Origin: the human T2T-CHM13v2.0 reference genome, Homo sapiens | Direction of reading: 5' to 3' | Assembly: GCA_009914755.4 (NCBI GenBank) | Contig: CP086569.2 | Location: 31,872,001-31,936,000, forward strand | Length of the DNA stretch: 64,000 nt | In this document: positions 58,593 through 64,000 of the stretch, piece by piece | Layout: the number at the start of each line of letters is the position of its first letter | Position numbering within the stretch: position 1 is the first letter of the stretch | Notes under the pieces: model-generated | Database searches by the model: none | Told to the model about the DNA's origin: nothing | Seen by the model: the letters and a program-made list of their open reading frames with translations, nothing else | Position numbers and translations under genes: made by a program

Positions 58593-60707
58593 ATACTTTT
58601 TAAATGAAAAAAAATTTCAAAGGTACTCTGCTTGGTACAATAATCAAATGTATAAACTGAGGAATAAAACATAACCATGAAACCTACTTATAACTGCATA
58701 TGGAAAATACAGAGGATAATTTTTTAAATAACATATTTTGAAAGCCTTAACTAGTAATTTGAAGAGTTGGCATTTGAAAGGCCAGTATGAATATACCTTC
58801 AAAGCAGCAACACAGGTTCCCCACGAGAAAAAGCAAACTCAGGGAAAATAAAAACACAAAGGTTCAATCTCTTCTGACCTTTGAAAGACACAGCACAGAC
58901 AGTGGTCCTTAGGACGAAGAGCAGGAGACCCCTAATTCCGTCACCATGGCGATAGGGCATAAACATTGCTGGGTGAGGGCACAATCCACATTGTGAGGTC
59001 CAACTGCTGCCAGGAAGACAGGAGTGCTTTTACATAGACCGAAAGGTCATTGAAGGCTCAGAGTTTTGTTTCAAGAACTGAATCCCAAGCCCACACGTTA
59101 TTAGGCTGCGCTTCTTAAAACAAGTTATGAGATGGGAAAAAGGGCACCCACAAACATACGTATACATTATGTATATAATAATATACAGTATCATATATAT
59201 AATATATATAACCTATGTATAATATTGTTTTACATCCTGCATCTTATGTTATATATATTGTATAAAATATAATAATTGATAATATATAAGTTTTATAATT
59301 ATACAATATGACATATAGTATATATTATAATTTATGACATATATAATATATGTTATATATCATATATAGAATATATTATACGGTTAATATACGTATTAAA
59401 TATAAATTATACATTATATATATTATATATAATATATCTGTTATATATAATACCCATTATGCATAATATATATATTATGTCTATGTTATATATAGTATAA
59501 AACAACATATAATAATATATAATTGTATATATAAAATGCGACATATAATATATATTATATTTTATAACATATGTAATATATATTATATATAATACGTTGT
59601 ATGTATAATACCTATATTAAATATATATTATATGACTATGTTATTAATTACATGTCACATGTGTTATATATTATATATTTTACATAGAATATACCGGTTA
59701 CATACAATATATACTATGTTACCTATAATGTATAATTTATTATATGTAAAATAAAGAATGCAATATATTATATAAAATTTATATCATACAATATGTGGAA
59801 TGTGATGTATATAACATATAATATATGATATATGATATACAGTATATGATATATAACATACAATATATGATTCCTAATATATATGGTATACAATATATAT
59901 TTTATGATATGTATTCTATATGTTTTATATTCTGTTATATATAACTATTTGAAATTATATATAACTGTATAATATTTTATGTAAATATGTAATATAATAT
60001 ATATAACTATATAATATATTATATATAACTATATATTATGTTATATATACTTTTATAACATAATTTACATAAAATATCATAATATAATATATATTATATT
60101 ATTTCATATTACATAATATATATTACATATCACCCAATATAACTAACATACATAATATTATAATATAGATTATATTGTGTAATATTAAATATCATATATA
60201 TCATGTATCATATATTCTATAATATATATTACACATTATATAATATGTATGTTGTCTATTATGTGATATATATAACTATATATATAATTATATTTTTATA
60301 CATATAACTAGATAAACATGTAATCCTACATATTTTCATTTATAATATGTAGAATTATATAATCATATATAATTATTTATATTGTATAAAAAATTTTATC
60401 ATTATATAAATTATAATATATAAAAATTATAATAGGTACTACAAATATATATATTATATATCATATATGATATAGTACCTTTGTTATATATCATAATACA
60501 TATAAATGTGTATTATGTTATCTATAATTATATAATTTCATATATAAGATGTATAATATGTATCATATATTATATATGTTATGTAATATATATAGTATAT
60601 ATAAGATGACACAGGATAAATATTATATACTATGACATATAAAATATATGAGGTTATATGTTACATATAAGGCATAGCACATAACATGTAATATATATCA
60701 TATATAA

Positions 60708-61005
60708 TTTTTTTTTAGACAGAATCTTGTCCTGTTGCACAGGGTGGGGTACAATGGCGCCATCTTTGCTCACTGCAACTTCTGCCTCACGGGACCAAGC
60801 GATTGTCCTCCCTCAGCCTCCCAGGTAGCTGGGACTACACCTCACTGGGACTACACCAGCTGCCACCATGCCTAGCTAATTTTTTGGATTTTTAGTAGTG
60901 ACAGCCTTTCACTGTATTGGCCAGGATGGTCTTGATCTCTTCACCTTGTGATCCCCTTGCCTTGGCCTCCAAATTTGCTGGGATTACAGGCCTGAGCCAA
61001 GATCC
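60708..61005 (-). mobile_element. Alu, unit 26
   Basis: Distal-subfamily variants plus 'cacgggaccaagcg', 'ctacacctcactggg' and 'gacagcctttcactg', all shared with unit 27. Confidence 0.93.
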
Positions 61006-63120
61006 ATATTTTTTAAATGAAAAAAAATTTCAAAGGTACTCTGCTTGGTACAATAATCAAATGTATAAACTGAGGAATAAAACATAACCATGAAACCTAC
61101 TTATAACTGCATATGGAAAATACAGAGGATAATTTTTTAAATAACATATTTTGAAAGCCTTAACTAGTAATTTGAAGAGTTGGCATTTGAAAGGCCAGTA
61201 TGAATATACCTTCAAAGCAGCAACACAGGTTCCCCATGAGAAAAAGCAAACACAGGGAAAATAAAAACACAAAGGTTCAATCTCTTCTGACCTTTGAAAG
61301 ACACAGCACAGACAGTGGTCCTTAGGACGAAGAGCAGGAGACCCCTAATTCCGTCACCATGGCGATAGGGCATAAACATTGCTGGGTGAGGGCACAATCC
61401 ACATTGTGAGGTCCAACTGCTGCCAGGAAGACAGGAGTGCTTTTACATAGACCGAAAGGTCATTGAAGGCTCAGAGTTTTGTTTCAAGAACTGAATCCCA
61501 AGCCCACACGTTATTAGGCTGCGCTTCTTAAAACAAGTTATGAGATGGGAAAAAGGGCACCCACAAACATACGTATACATTATGTATATAATAATATACA
61601 GTGTCATATATATAATATATATAACCCATGTATAATATTGTTTTACATCCTGCATCTTATGTTATTTATATTGTATAAAATATAATAATTGATAATATAT
61701 AAGTTTTATAATTATACAATATGACATATAGTATATATTATAATTTATGACATATATAATATATGTTATATATCATATATAGAATATATTATACGGTTAA
61801 TATATGTATTAAATATATATTATACATTATATATATTATATATAATATATCTGTTATATATAATACCCATTATGCATAATATATATATTATGTCTATGTT
61901 ATATATAGTATAAAACAACATATAATAATATATAATTGTATATATAAAATGCGACATATAATATATATTATATTTTATAACATATGCAATATATATTATA
62001 TATAATACGTTGTATGTATAATACCTATATTAAATATATATTATATGACTATGTTATTAATTATATGTCACATGTGTTATATATAATATATTTTACATAG
62101 AATATACCGGTTACATACAATATATACTATGTTACCTATAATGTATAATTTATTACATGTAAAATAAAGAATGCAATATATTATGTAAAATTTATAACAT
62201 ACAATATGTGGAATGTGATATATATAACATATAATATATGATATATGATATACAATATATGATATATAACATACAATATATGATTCCTAATATATATGGT
62301 ATACAATATATATTTTATGATATGTATTCTCTATGTTTTATATTCTGTTATATATAACTATTTGAAATTATATATAACTGTATAATATTTTATTTAAATA
62401 TGTAATATAATATATATAACTATATAATATATTATATATAACTATATATTATGTTATATATACTTTTATAACATAATTTACATAAAATATCATAATATAA
62501 TATATATTATATTATTTCATATTACATAATATATATTACATATCACCCAATATAACTAACATACATAATATTATAATATAGATTATATTGTGTTATATTA
62601 AATATCATATATATCATGTATCATATATTCTATAATATATATTACACATTATATAATATGTATGTTGTCTATTATGTGATATATATAACTATATATATAA
62701 TTATATTTTTATACATATAACTAGATAAACATGTAATTCTACATATTTTCATTTATAATATGTAGAATTATATAATCATATATAATTATTTATATTGTAT
62801 AAAAAATTTTATTATTATATAAATTATAATATATAAAAATTATAATATGTACTACAAATATATATATTATATATCATATATGATATAGTACCTTTGTTAT
62901 ATATCATAATACATATAAATGTGTATTATGTTATCTATAATTATATAATTTCATATATAAGATGTATAATATGTATCATATATTATATATGTTATGTAAT
63001 ATATATAGTATATATAAGATGACACAGGATAAATATTATATACTATGACATATAAAATATATGAGGTTATATGTTACATATAAGGCATAGCACATAACAT
63101 GTAATATATATCATATATAA

Positions 63121-63418
63121 TTTTTTTTTAGACAGAATCTTGTCCTGTTGCACAGGGTGGGGTACAATGGCGCCATCTTTGCTCACTGCAACTTCTGCCT
63201 CACGGGACCAAGCGATTGTCCTCCCTCAGCCTCCCAGGTAGCTGGGACTACACCTCACTGGGACTACACCAGCTGCCACCATGCCTAGCTAATTTTTTGG
63301 ATTTTTAGTAGTGACAGCCTTTCACTGTATTGGCCAGGATGGTCTTGATCTCTTCACCTTGTGATCCCCTTGCCTTGGCCTCCAAATTTGCTGGGATTAC
63401 AGGCCTGAGCCAAGATCC
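63121..63418 (-). mobile_element. Alu, unit 27
   Basis: Same as unit 26, including 'gggaccaagcg', 'cacctcactggg' and 'gacagcctttcac'. Confidence 0.93.
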
Positions 63419-64000
63419 ATATTTTTTAAATGAAAAAAAATTTCAAAGGTACTCTGCTTGGTACAATAATCAAATGTATAAACTGAGGAATAAAACATAA
63501 CCATGAAACCTACTTATAACTGCATATGGAAAATACAGAGGATAATTTTTTAAATAACATATTTTGAAAGCCTTAACTAGTAATTTGAAGAGTTGGCATT
63601 TGAAAGGCCAGTATGAATATACCTTCAAAGCAGCAACACAGGTTCCCCATGAGAAAAAGCAAACACAGGGAAAATAAAAACACAAAGGTTCAATCTCTTC
63701 TGACCTTTGAAAGACACAGCACAGACAGTGGTCCTTAGGACGAAGAGCAGGAGACCCCTAATTCCGTCACCATGGCGATAGGGCATAAACATTGCTGGGT
63801 GAGGGCACAATCCACATTGTGAGGTCCAACTGCTGCCAGGAAGACAGGAGTGCTTTTACATAGACCGAAAGGTCATTGAAGGCTCAGAGTTTTGTTTCAA
63901 GAACTGAATCCCAAGCCCACACGTTATTAGGCTGCGCTTCTTAAAACAAGTTATGAGATGGGAAAAAGGGCACCCACAAACATACGTATACATTATGTAT

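Overview
This window is not prokaryotic coding DNA. The whole 64 kb is one head-to-tail tandem array of about 26.5 copies of a 2.41-2.44 kb composite repeat unit, typical of primate satellite heterochromatin. Each unit has three parts: (i) a full-length Alu in antisense orientation of about 298 bp, with its poly-T (the minus-strand poly-A tail) at the low-coordinate end and heavy CpG decay; (ii) a moderate-GC segment of about 575 bp that I cannot assign to a known element; (iii) about 1.55 kb of highly AT-rich degenerate simple sequence built from ATATA/CATAT/TATAC-like motifs. A 2.4-2.5 kb satellite I unit carrying exactly one Alu per repeat matches, from memory and without a search, the human Y-chromosome DYZ2 (HSat1-type) repeat of Yq12. 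I give that identification about 0.6 confidence. There are no protein-coding genes, rRNAs, tRNAs, CRISPR arrays or prokaryotic mobile elements. Every ORF in the supplied track is an uninterrupted stretch in the moderate-GC or AT-rich segment that recurs simply because the unit recurs. The interesting structure is the array's higher-order organisation. A 4-monomer block of 9,680 bp is duplicated almost perfectly at 1-19,360. A 2-monomer block of 4,824 bp is duplicated at about 19.4-29.0 kb. A mosaic transition zone at about 29-41 kb contains recombinant monomers, and a diverged monomer subfamily occupies 41-64 kb. There are also dated microduplications (16 bp inside the Alu in every copy; 22 bp in one unit only) and CpG-centred variation. 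I see nothing resembling a novel gene system; the value of this window is as a record of unequal crossing-over and gene conversion in a Y-type satellite.
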